Positions 47,935 through 59,500 of a DNA stretch of 64,000 nucleotides are shown piece after piece. The translations under genes were made by a program, and so were the position numbers. The stretch comes from Macrostomum lignano (lineage: Eukaryota), in the NCBI GenBank assembly GCA_002269645.1, contig NIVC01000268.1:655647-719646 (forward strand), given 5' to 3'. The notes beneath the pieces are model-generated. The model saw only the letters and a program-made list of their open reading frames with translations, made no database searches and was not told where the DNA came from. How positions within the stretch are numbered: position 1 is the stretch's first letter; the number at the start of each line of letters is the position of its first letter.

Positions 47935-50929
47935 TCAAGAGCTAACAGCGGTCGATGGCTGTCCAGTTGTAGAGGGAATTTCATCCAGCTCACCGGGCGC
48001 CAGGACTTGCAGTTTAGTTTGCACCTCTTGCAGATTGTCGTGCCATTGTTGCAGGGTGTGCCGCAACGAGGTCCACTGGGCCCGGCCGAATGTCCGGTGG
48101 GTGGTGCCGTAGACAAGCACTTTGCGCTGCACTTCGTCTAGTTTGCAGAATACCGCCTCCTTGCGAGCGGCTAAGGTAGGATAAATAGGTGAGCTGTATT
48201 GTTTACTGTTTACCGGCCTAGTTAACCTTAACACAAACACACTTTACTGTACAATTAAAGGCTCGATAACAAAATATGGTTCTTAGAATCGATTTACAAA
48301 TAAAAGGTTTCTAAGAAACCGCCCTACCGGTAAAAATGGAATTGCCCTATTAAATTATTTCCCAAAATCGACCAAAACTAAACTTTTCTAAGAATCACCA
48401 TATTGAAATATTTCCAAGAATCACCATATTGAAATATTTCCAAGAATCACCGTATTGAAATATTTCCAAGAATCACCATATTGAAATATTTCCAAGAATC
48501 ATCATATTAAAATATTTCCAAGAATCACCATATTGAAATATTTCCAAGAATCACCATATTGAAATATTTCCAAGAATCACCATATTGAAATATTTCCAAG
48601 AATCACCATATTGAAATATTTCCAAGAATCACCATATTGAAATATTTCCAAGAATCACCGTATTGAAATATTTCCAAGAATCACCATATTGAAATATTTC
48701 CAAGAATCACCGTATTGAAATATTTCCAAGAATCACCATATTGAAATATTTCCAAGAATCACCATATTGAAATATTTCCAAGAATCACCATATTGAAATA
48801 TTTCCAAGAACCACCATATTGAAATATTTCCAGGAATCACCCCAAACTAAACATTTCCAAGGATCTCACTAATTAATAAATATTTCAAAAATCACCCTGA
48901 ATCAAATACTTCTAAGAATCGCATCTGATAGAACATTTGTTAGAACTGCTTCGAAAAAAGAAGTCATGCAGTACAAACCATCAATGATGAACTCTTCCAG
49001 ATCGTCAGACTCCATCTTGAGCTCATCCTGCAGCAGTGCATAGTCCAGCTCTAGCTTATTCTCAGCCAGCCGCATCAGGGTCAACAACCTGAGCTTGTTC
49101 ATGCAGGACTCGGCGCAGATGTTTAAACCGCGAACAAAATCGGCATTTTTGTCGGCAAAAGTCAAATAGTCGGTCAGGCTGCCGCTAACAAAGATCATCA
49201 ATAGTTCGTGAATCAGTTCGCCTTCGAGAAACTGGATAGGTTTCAAGCTGAGCAGATGGTCCATGATGTAGACGGAATCGTCTGATAGGGTGGCCACGAT
49301 GCACATGATGGCTTCGTCTCTGGCTTTGGATGCGTCCTGCTCGGTGTAGGCGTCCATCAGGTCGATTAAACAGGCGTTGGCGCTCGCCGTGTCGCCGCTG
49401 CGCGTTAGTGCCGAATGCAGCCGGCGCCACAGGGTCTGTCAGGGGTGAGATTCAAGGGCCACTTATCTCAGGGGTGAGATTTTAAAAGCCACTTATTTCA
49501 GGGGTGAGATTTTAAAGCCACTTATTTCAGGGGTGAGATTTTAAAGCCACTTATTTCAGGAGTGAGATCTCAGAGCCGCTAATCTCAGGGGTGAGATTTT
49601 AGAACCACTTATCTCAGGGGTGAGATTTTAGAACCACTTATCTCACAGGTCAGATTTTAGAACCACTTATCTCAGGGGTGAGATCTCAGAGCCGCTTATG
49701 TCAGGGTGGGACCTCAGAGCTGCTTATCTCAGGGTTGAGATTCAAGACCCGCTAATCTCAGGGGTGAGATTTAGGTCCCGCTTATATTAGGGGTGAGATT
49801 TAGGAGCATCGCTCATCTTTGGAGTGAGATTTAGAAGACTCTATCTCAGGGGTGAGATTTAGGACACGCTAATCTCAGGGTTGAGATATAAGATTCGCTA
49901 ATCTCGAGGGTGAGATTCAAGACCCGCTAATCTCATGGGTGAGATTTAGGATCCGCTTATCTCAGGGGGTGAGATTTAGGACACGCTTATCTTAGAGGTG
50001 AGATTTATGAACCGCTTATCTCAGGTGTGAGATTTAGGATCTGCTTATCTCAAAGGTGAGATTTAAGGGCTGCTTATCTCAGAGTTGATATTTAAGGGCC
50101 GCTTATCTCAGAGTTGATATTAAGGGCCGCTTATCTCAAAGGTGAGATTTAAGGGCCGCTTATCTCAAAGGTGAGATTTTAGGGCCGCTTATCTCAAAGG
50201 TGAGATTTAAGGGCCGCTTATCTCAAAGGTGAGATTTTAGGGCCGCTTATCTCAAAGGTGAGATTTTAGGGCCGCTTATCTCAAAGGTGAGATTTAAGGG
50301 CCGCTTATCTTAAAGGTGAGATTTATGAACCGCTTATCTCAGGCGTGAGCTCCAGTGTTAAAACCGTAATGTCTGACCTTCCTATCTTCTGGGCTGCACT
50401 GCCAGTCGCTCATCCAGTTGCGCAGCTGAACCCGATCCGTGACCACCTGATTCATTCGTTTCTCCTCAGACGCGGTCTCAACCAGAGCCAGATAGACCGT
50501 ATACCTTAGCGGAGAATTCTCAGGCAATATGCGAAACAGATTCTGCAGCGGCGACACTTTGCAAGCGGCCGCGGCTTCTCGAACTGACGGTGCAACGTTG
50601 GCGACTTGCTGCTGCTGCTGCTGCTGTTGTTGTTTGGCATCTTCAGCCTGAGCTCCACCGGCTAGGGCCAGTTTCAAGTTCAGACTGCACACAGCTTTGC
50701 AGAATAGGTCAACAGCGTTAGGCATGGCGGATTGCGGCATTTCAACTAGCAGGGAGACAATTCCGTTTAGTACAGATTCAATGTCAGCTGGTGGAATGGG
50801 TTTCTGGGACAGGACAGACAGGCCTGGCAACACTTTTGTCAGCTGTTCGTGCCATGGCCCTGTTGAGGCGTCCACAGTCTGGGCACCGGACCAGCCCAGC
50901 GATTTGAGGAAATCGCACAACTCCGACAC
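47935..50929 (-). CDS. EIF3M: Eukaryotic translation initiation factor 3 subunit M (PCI domain); exons 50378-50929, 48979-49435, 47935-48170; short first exon not located
   Basis: DIESVLNGIVSLL; LRYTVYLAL; DHLLSLKPIQFLEGELIHELL; FCKLDEVQRKVLV..HRTFGRAQW; GT..AG introns in compatible phases (0, 1). Confidence 0.95.
48389..48865. repeat. 26-bp intronic satellite (AAGAATCACCATATTGAAATATTTCC)
   Basis: Directly read; inside the last EIF3M intron. Confidence 0.95.
49438..50343. repeat. 29-30-bp intronic satellite (GAGATTTAAGGGCCGCTTATCTCAAAGGT and variants)
   Basis: Directly read; fills almost all of intron 49436-50377. Confidence 0.93.
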
Positions 50930-51343
50930 CTGAGTTTTGATAGTTGTGTTGCATGTGTGTCCATGAGCTTAAACATGATATTTCACCTATGTATAACCTA
51001 TATAACAATGCCAAGTTAGAGTTATATAAATACATCAGACTCTATAGATAGCCTTTGCTATTACAGTCATAGACATACTTACTTTAGCTCATTTATATAT
51101 CATAAATTAGGGGCCTAATGAATGCAATGAAAGGAGCAATATATACAAAGTTCTATGTATTAAATATTAGGACTAACGCCTATTAAAAGCTTTTCGCGCC
51201 GGAGCTAGAAATAGAAAAACTCCGTTCCTGCCGACATGATCAGCAGGGCTGACCATAGAGCATAGCTAGAATCTTGATGCGCCCCTGAGCAAAGCCTTTC
51301 TAGCCGAGAAGGGAGCATTTTAAATACCTTTTCAAGCTCGACT

Positions 51344-51890
51344 TTGGCAAAAGTGACTTCAATTTTGGCAGCCCATAGAAAAAGCGTACGCCTGTCAGCA
51401 ACATGTCTATGGTAAACTGTGGTAGAATCGGTTAAAGCGTGCATTTAACTTTGGCAAAAGTGACTTCAATTTTGGCAGCCCATAGAAAAAGCATACGCCT
51501 TCTAGCAACATGTCTATGGTAAACTGTGGTAGAATCGGTTAAAGCGTGCATTTAACTTTGGCAAAAGTGACTTCAATTTTGGCAGCCCATAGAAAAAGCA
51601 TACGCCTTCTAGCAACATGTCTATGGTAAACTGTGGTAGAATCGGTTAAAGCGTGCATTTAACTTTGGCAAAAGTGACTTCAATTTTGGCAGCCCATAGA
51701 AAAAGCATACGCCTTCTAGCAACATGTCTATGGTAAACTGTGGTAGAATCGGTTAAAGCGTGCATTTAACTTTGGCAAAAGTGACTTCAATTTTGGCAGC
51801 CCATAGAAAAAGCATACGCCTTCTAGCAACATGTCTATGGTAAACTGTGGTAGAATCGGTTAAAGCGTGCATTTAACTTTGGCAAAAGTG
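51344..51890. repeat. 107-bp tandem repeat, about 5 copies
   Basis: TTGGCAAAAGTGAC recurs at 51344, 51451, 51558, 51665, 51772 and 51879. Confidence 0.95.
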
Positions 51891-54800
51891 TTTTGCTAGT
51901 TTTGCCAAAAATAAAAAAAATCTCACTATATTTGTTTTTAATTGCCATGGCATAACTAGCTAGCATTATGCAATTTATCATAATATAGTAAAAAGTAATT
52001 TAGTATAGCAAGGCAAGAAATAATGTTGTGTATAGCATTTAAAAAACTACATCAAATTCTATTAGGGTCAGACAAAATCTCAATCTTGATCTCAATTGTC
52101 AATTGAAATATTTTTGAAAAATTGTATTCTGTTAAATTTTGCACCACAGTTTACTTGCATTAAGCTTCAAAAGACTCCTGCCTTCAGCAACCTCAGTGAT
52201 TTTGACAAATTTATTATTAGAAAACAACTCAAGATTAATGATTGGCAACTGTGCAAAGCTTGCAATTTTCTACATTAAATGAAAAGCATGTTCAAACAAA
52301 AAAATATGTTTTGTCTCTTTCTAAGATCTTTTTAAGTCTTTGTAAGATCCACAAGGCAGGTTACTGATTGTCTCAATGGTGGGAACAGCCAAATACTACC
52401 TAGCCATATCATAATAAATTTATTAAGCCAGTCATCTTGTGTTGATGTTATATGTGTATATAAGCAAGTGTGTGTGTATACAAGGTATATTACATATGTG
52501 GTATATAGCAAGGCATACTTAATGAGGATGCCTTGTTATATTTGCTATATATATTGCTATATATGCCTTGCTATAATAAATATAATTTATATTAAAAAAA
52601 TAATTTTATATTAGTAAGCCAAGTGAAATAGAGAAGTGATCAGAAACTATAATTTATGGAATAAAACAATAGAAAACTTGATAACAAGATAATATTTGAC
52701 TCTAGTAAAAGCAAGATATTAGACATGTTTCAGTCAGATTAAATACATTTTCAACTTCCTATATATTATTGAAGACTCAACCATACAAATAAATTTATTT
52801 AAGGCTAATTGAAGTATCATGGGGATACATTTCATAATTTTGGTTTAGCATACCTTGTATACTTGTACTATATAAAGTAGTATTGTTATTATAGTAAGCA
52901 GCAATGATATTAAGCTATGAATTATTAGCATACATTATATTAGCATATTATATTAGCATAGATTAATTATTAGCATTATTAGCATAGAACTGGCATGGAC
53001 TGTAATAAAAAGCATTGCCAATATTTTTTTATCTTTTGCTGACTTATGGATTTCTATTTTAATATAAGTTTAAAGTTCAATAGTTCCAATAATCAGTAAA
53101 TATAAAATTGTACATAGAAAGATTTCTAAATATTATAACATTTTTGGCATTCTTTATAAACTTAAAAATGATTAAAAATTTAATTATTGCATTAAAGTGA
53201 ATTACAAACTTACTGTCATCCCTCACCATGCAAGGAACAAATGTTTTAGTAAATCAAAAAAGCCAAAAACACATGGCTATTGTCTTCACAGTTGGACAAA
53301 TTTTTAAAGTCTAGCACTTTGACAATTTTTTGGCACAAAGTATAACATCTGATTGTAACACTGACAGTGCATTAAAACTGGCAAACTCTTATTCCAAAAG
53401 TACTGAACATTTGTTGCCCAATGCTCTCTATGCTGCAGCTTCTGCCAAATGTCTTAAAGAAAACAATGTTGACAACAATGAGAGAGATAATGAAATTAAT
53501 GACAAAAATTTTTCTCTATGCCACAAATCATCTAGTGATATAAGCAATAATGAGGAAGAACTTCCAAATTAGAGATCCTTAAATGCAGCAGCCAGAAGGA
53601 GAAAGGTTATTACCTTAGAATGGCAAATGCTATTGCTGCCTCTCTAGTTGCCACAGCTTCATCCTTTGCAGTTACAAGATCACTACTAATGTCAAAAATT
53701 TTAATTGCTAATTCTTTTGTACCTGCTGAGCCTAATGTCATGATGGTGCCAAAAAATCTGCTGTCAAGTTTGGTCAATGAGGTAAATACATTTGTCAAAC
53801 TTCAGAAAGATACAAACAAGTGCCTTCAAGGAATTGTGCAAAATAAAAAAGAATGCTTCAAAGCTGGCCAAGAAAGTTGCATGGTATTAGCTATTGGCTA
53901 TCTAGCAAAGCTGCTGTCCCAGCTTACCCTATTTACACTATGCTCAGACTACTGCAACCCTGATTCGAAGGCCCTGAGTGATAGGCTCAGAGTGCAGCTA
54001 TTTCAAATAGCCATTGAGACAAATAATCTTGTTGTACAATGCCAAGACTTAGACCCTGGCAGATGCCTTAGAGGCAGCTGGACACTATGTATGCAGCCAT
54101 ACTGTGTGTGGAGACTGGAGTTTGGAAAGTATAGCAGTCTAGGCAGCAAGACCAACACTACACTTTATGCAAGGTGCACCTGATGTAGCCTTCTGACCTA
54201 CTATGTGGGTGGTGACTTTGATTGGCTAGCCACGTCTTCCTCTTAGAGGCTCACTGCCCTGAGTTGCTATATAAAGTACTGCTGCTCAAGCTGCAAAGAC
54301 TGCGTAGGCAAGGGCAAAGGCAAATGGCAATATATCCTGACTAGCTTTTAACTAATGCTGGCACCTTACACCAAGCTAGGGTGTGACTTTATAAGGGCTA
54401 GGACCTAGAAATATGCTCTTTGACTTTTTCTCCCCTTTCTGGCCACTGTGTAATAGGAAGGGAAATATTTTGTTGTTATATATATCCTTGACTAAAATTT
54501 GACTTGACCCTACTTTTTTTCCAACTCAGCCTATAGTCAAAATAATGCTGGGTGCACACCTGAACAAAAATGGAATAATTATAAATGCACACCAGAAAAA
54601 AAAATAAAAAATAAAAAATCCAAAATTCAAAATAAGATTATTTTCTTTTATCTTTTAAATTTAAATTGCTATATAATAGATACTAGGCCTAATATAAAGT
54701 GCACATTTCTTTTTTCTTAATGCCCATATAATTTTTTGCTTGGCATATGGTGCACAGTTAAAAAATTGACTATTAGCAATTTGTTGCAACAGCGGCGCAC

Positions 54801-56567
54801 ATGGCACACCTTCCTGACCATAGATTAAGAATAGTGCATCTTCACAATTTACACTTTCTATAATGAAGCTCATATAAAAAATCATATAGAAATGACTTAA
54901 AAAAGGCTGTCTCAAAATTTTATAATCAAGATAAAATCTTAAACCTATATAACTTTTGCTAACAGCAAAATCTAAAAATGTGGGATAAAATGGTAAAACA
55001 AATTTGTGGACATTTGATGGAAGGTAGCATATCTAAAAAAGCTTTCTGAAAGATAGATAAGTCTTTAAAATAGTTCTGGATAAAAACTATTGTTTTCATG
55101 CCTTACAACACTAAATAAACAAGTAAAAAATCACAAAAAACATTTTAAAAGTTCAAGTTGACCAATTTGAAATTTTTGGTTTCACTTTTTTTCATTTATA
55201 AACAATTAATTACAAGATTTGTAGACCTAAGAAAAGGCTATTTTTTACTACTTACAATGTATTCTTTTACAAATATAAGAATACAAAAGATTCCATGTTT
55301 TATTTTTATTTTATTCACAAAGATGAAGAATTTCTAAGTATTTCTAAGTTTTTCTAAAGCCACATAAACTTGCAAAAATTCATACTAATTTAAAGTGCAA
55401 AGTTTGCTAGTAAACATCTTGTCTAAAAGTAAATATACCGCTAATTCCTTGTTGCAAAATAATCTTCAAGTTGTTTTCTTTCATCTAAATATCAACTTGT
55501 AGAGTATTAATGTATATAATATGCCTATATTTAGCCTTCAATTTTTTTAGATTAAAATTGGCACTACAAAATTTGAACCTTGTATCCAAATCAAATGCTT
55601 CCTATAGGCTTATTAAGCAACAAAGAACAATGAAATTACACCTAAATATATATCATTGTGGCATGTATAATGTAATTATTAGAGCTTTTCTATCATTATA
55701 TGAGAGTCATTTTATCATAATTTAATTTACTATTTTAACAAATCATTTTGTTAAAAATAAGGCTATACATAAATAATTTGTGCTTTTATAGATATTTTTT
55801 TAACTTTTTAAACTCAAATAAATTTATTTTATAGCTTTATCATTTTTAAAACACAAAACTGAATTTTCAAAACATTGCCACCAATTTTTTGATTTTGCCT
55901 AATATATTTTTAGACATATCTTCTAAGTTCAATGATGGGCACTAGCGCCACTAATGTTTTGTTAGTGCTGCTAATTCTGTTGAATTGAAATTCTGATTAG
56001 TGTGCGCTATCAAAGTGCCGCTAATATTTTTTGAAAATTGCTAATTGGGCAAAATTATTTTTTGCTATAAAACTAGATGGTTAATGACTGTTTGATACTT
56101 AAAATGAGACCCTATTTGAGTAATAAGTTAAAATTATGTAAATCTATTAAACCTTTACTAAATAAATCTCTAATATGTTTCTAATTTTCTTAGAAATGCA
56201 AAACAAAATTAGAATTTTTTTTCATTTTCATTATCACAAATAATCTTGTTTTTGTCATTGACTTTAAAAGTTTTCTTACTACTTTTAATTCATTAGCAAA
56301 AAGTTGTTGATTCATTTAATAATTTAATCAAAGAATTCAATGTTCAACTCAGTTGATATTCTAAGCGATGATACGAAGTGACAGACTATATCAACAAGGT
56401 GTGAAATGGCAGTGATGGTAGGGTTATTAAATCTTGTACCGCCATTTCAAGCTGATGATCTCACCTTCTTTCTTGAGTATAAGAAGGCTATGGCCATGGT
56501 AGCAAGGGCCTTTGACATTTTTCAAGGCAAATAGCATTGTAATTTTAGGAACTCTTTTTACTAACTG

Positions 56568-59500
56568 TAGGGGTAAGATGGGATTAAAATTTTCGGGCGG
56601 GATAGGGATCGGGATTCAACTTTTCGGGAATCGGGATCGGGATTTGGGAAATAGAAATATGATTATAATTTTTATGAATACAAGCCTAAATGTAATCTGA
56701 CCTGACTCAAATATATTTTTATGCTTTTAATTGTTATGGCAATTTTTTTATATTTCTACTTCTAGCCCTAGGCTTTTGTTTAATAAATTATTATATTTTG
56801 ATAATTATGATAATTAAAATTTACTAGACTAGCTAAAGCTTAAGCTTAATTTGGTAATTTGCTATTATATTAGAATGTTAAGCCTATTATTAGTAATTTA
56901 GTTATTTAATTTACTAGGTATTTCTAATATTTTAACATATTATATTAATTGATAGCTAAAGTCTATTATATGATAGGGCCTAAACTTCTTATAGCTAGCT
57001 AGGCCTCGTAAATAACCTTATATATCTAAATTAATTATTATATTGGCACTCTTGGCCCCCAAGGCTAAGCCTTTTATCCTTGTTGGCTTGACTTTACCAT
57101 TACCATAAAGTTGCATAATATTACCATACTATACCATAGGCCTAATAGTATAAAGTGCCAATATTGAATTAACATGGTTTATTTCTGTATTAAAACTAGT
57201 ATAAGTAGTATAAGTTTTACTTTTTCAATTCCTGCAAATTGTAGTAAGGCTTTGATAATTGATAAGAAGTTTTTTGTGCTAGAATAAGAATCTACCTATA
57301 CTAATTGTAATTTCAGTTCTAAAATTCCATGAAATATAGTTCACAAAAGTTAACAAGAAAAAATGGACTTTTGTAAATAATTTTATTGCTATTATTTAAA
57401 TGATAATAGAAATTTAATTGTATATTTGTAAGTTTTTATTATGTGCTATGAAAAAAGTAAAGTTTTGTTGCTTCTTTCCTAGAAATTTAGAAATACAAAA
57501 TGCAAGGATTATAGATAGGCCTAGCTAGCTACTTGTGATTCTAGAAGTGAACTTGAAGAGCCTCTTAGACAAAATAATTAGTAAAAAGTACAAAAATTCG
57601 AATTTTGTGAAATATAATATAATGTTAAAGTAACCTAGAACTTGGTCTATCATCTATTAGGTGTTTAAAAGAGAAATATTTATACTTTTCACATTTAAAA
57701 CATTTATACTTTTTGTTTATTATGCCTACTATTGCTATGTCCTGCTTGCTGTTTACCTATACTGTAAAGATTTTTTTGGTTGTACTATTTAGTATTTATT
57801 GTATAATTATATTTCATGGTTCTGGTTTCAGTTTTGAAATCACTTTAATGAATAACCTTTAAGTAGGCCTATAACTTTAGAATATGTTAAGCCTATATTG
57901 ATTAAATTATAAATTCTAACCTAATAGTTAAGTTAATAAGTATTTTTTGTATACTATCTATTAATTAGTTAATATACTAAGTAATTATATTATAAGTTTA
58001 GTTTAGATTTTTCTTACTAATTTAGCATGTTCTTTTCTGTATCATCTGCAATATCATGTAAAAGCAAAGCTGTTCTTGTTTTTTGTAATAGTTAATATGT
58101 AGGACAAATTTTTTATCAAGTTAAAGTACAAGTTTTTTTTACTTTTTAATTTATTTAAACATGTATATAGTTATTATATGCCTAGTTCTAACATTTGTAA
58201 TAGAGGTCTAAATCAATTTAATGAATTGCTAAAATGACGAAGTTAATAATGAGTTTTTGATTAGCTATATTTTTATGTCTATATTAAGTCAAAATTAGGC
58301 TAATATAATATGTTTTGCTTATTGGGTTATTTATTATATCCAAATATCCAAAATATTTTATTAATATTCTGATCATTTTTATTGTCTTATTTATCTAAAT
58401 CTCCATTTCAGCTTATCAGAGCTTAGCATATCAAGACCTATCAAGACTTGTCTAGACTTAATTAACAAGACCTATCAAGACTCCTTTTCTTTATTGTATC
58501 TCTGCAATTCAAAACAAGACTCAGCACCAGCATACAATGTCCACTAGCAATAACAGCTCAGTTTGGAATTTTTTTAATAAAGTTAAGCATAATGGAGGTA
58601 GCTATGCAAAGTGTCTCAGTACAGGTTGTGAGCAGCTTATTTCGTGCAACACATCCTCTACTAGTGGCCCCAGGTGCCATTTAGAGGCTTGTCACAAACA
58701 GCTGTATCTTGAATTGCAGAGGCTTGATGCTGAAAAGGCCAACTCATCTGCTTCACCTGCATCAGGATCAGGTACCTTTGGCAACCTAAAAGGGCAACCT
58801 ACATTAGCACAGTTCATTGCCAGGACCCAAATGTGGAGCTTTGATGACAAAAGGTCCAAGGCCATTGATGATGCAATTGTAAAGATGATAATTGTTGATG
58901 GTTGTCCTTGGACAATGGTCTCTGACCCAGGCTTTAAAAACCTACTGCAGGTTGCTGCACCACAGTATTGTCTTAAGAGTGAGAAATTCTTTCGCGACCA
59001 GCTGTAGTTACTCTACTCCCACACTAAGGATAATGTCAAGAATCTGCTGCAGGACATTAAGTTTGTGGCTGTTACTTCTGACATCTGGACTGAGAAGGGA
59101 AGTTCTTTCTTAAGCCTGACAGTGCAAAGGATGGACGACAAATTCAACTTTCTTGAAACTGCGCTGGCTGTAAAGCCAATAGAGGAAGCGCACACTGCAG
59201 TAAATGTTGCAAGCCTACTGCGGGAGCTAATGATTGATTTTAACATCTATCAGAAGACTGTCAGCATTGTGACAGACAATGTAAGCAGCATGCTCAAAGC
59301 TGTCAAACATGTGTCCTAGCAGCTAACAGCTGACAATTCTGGTACCAAAAGATCGATTGAGCATGAACAGATCTTGAGCATTGGTTGTGCGGCCCACAAA
59401 ATTAATCTAATTGTACAAGACACACTGAAGCAGCAGTCTGTGGTTATTAGGCTGCTTGGAAAGTGCCGTAGACTTGTGACTTATATCCACCACTCAGGCC

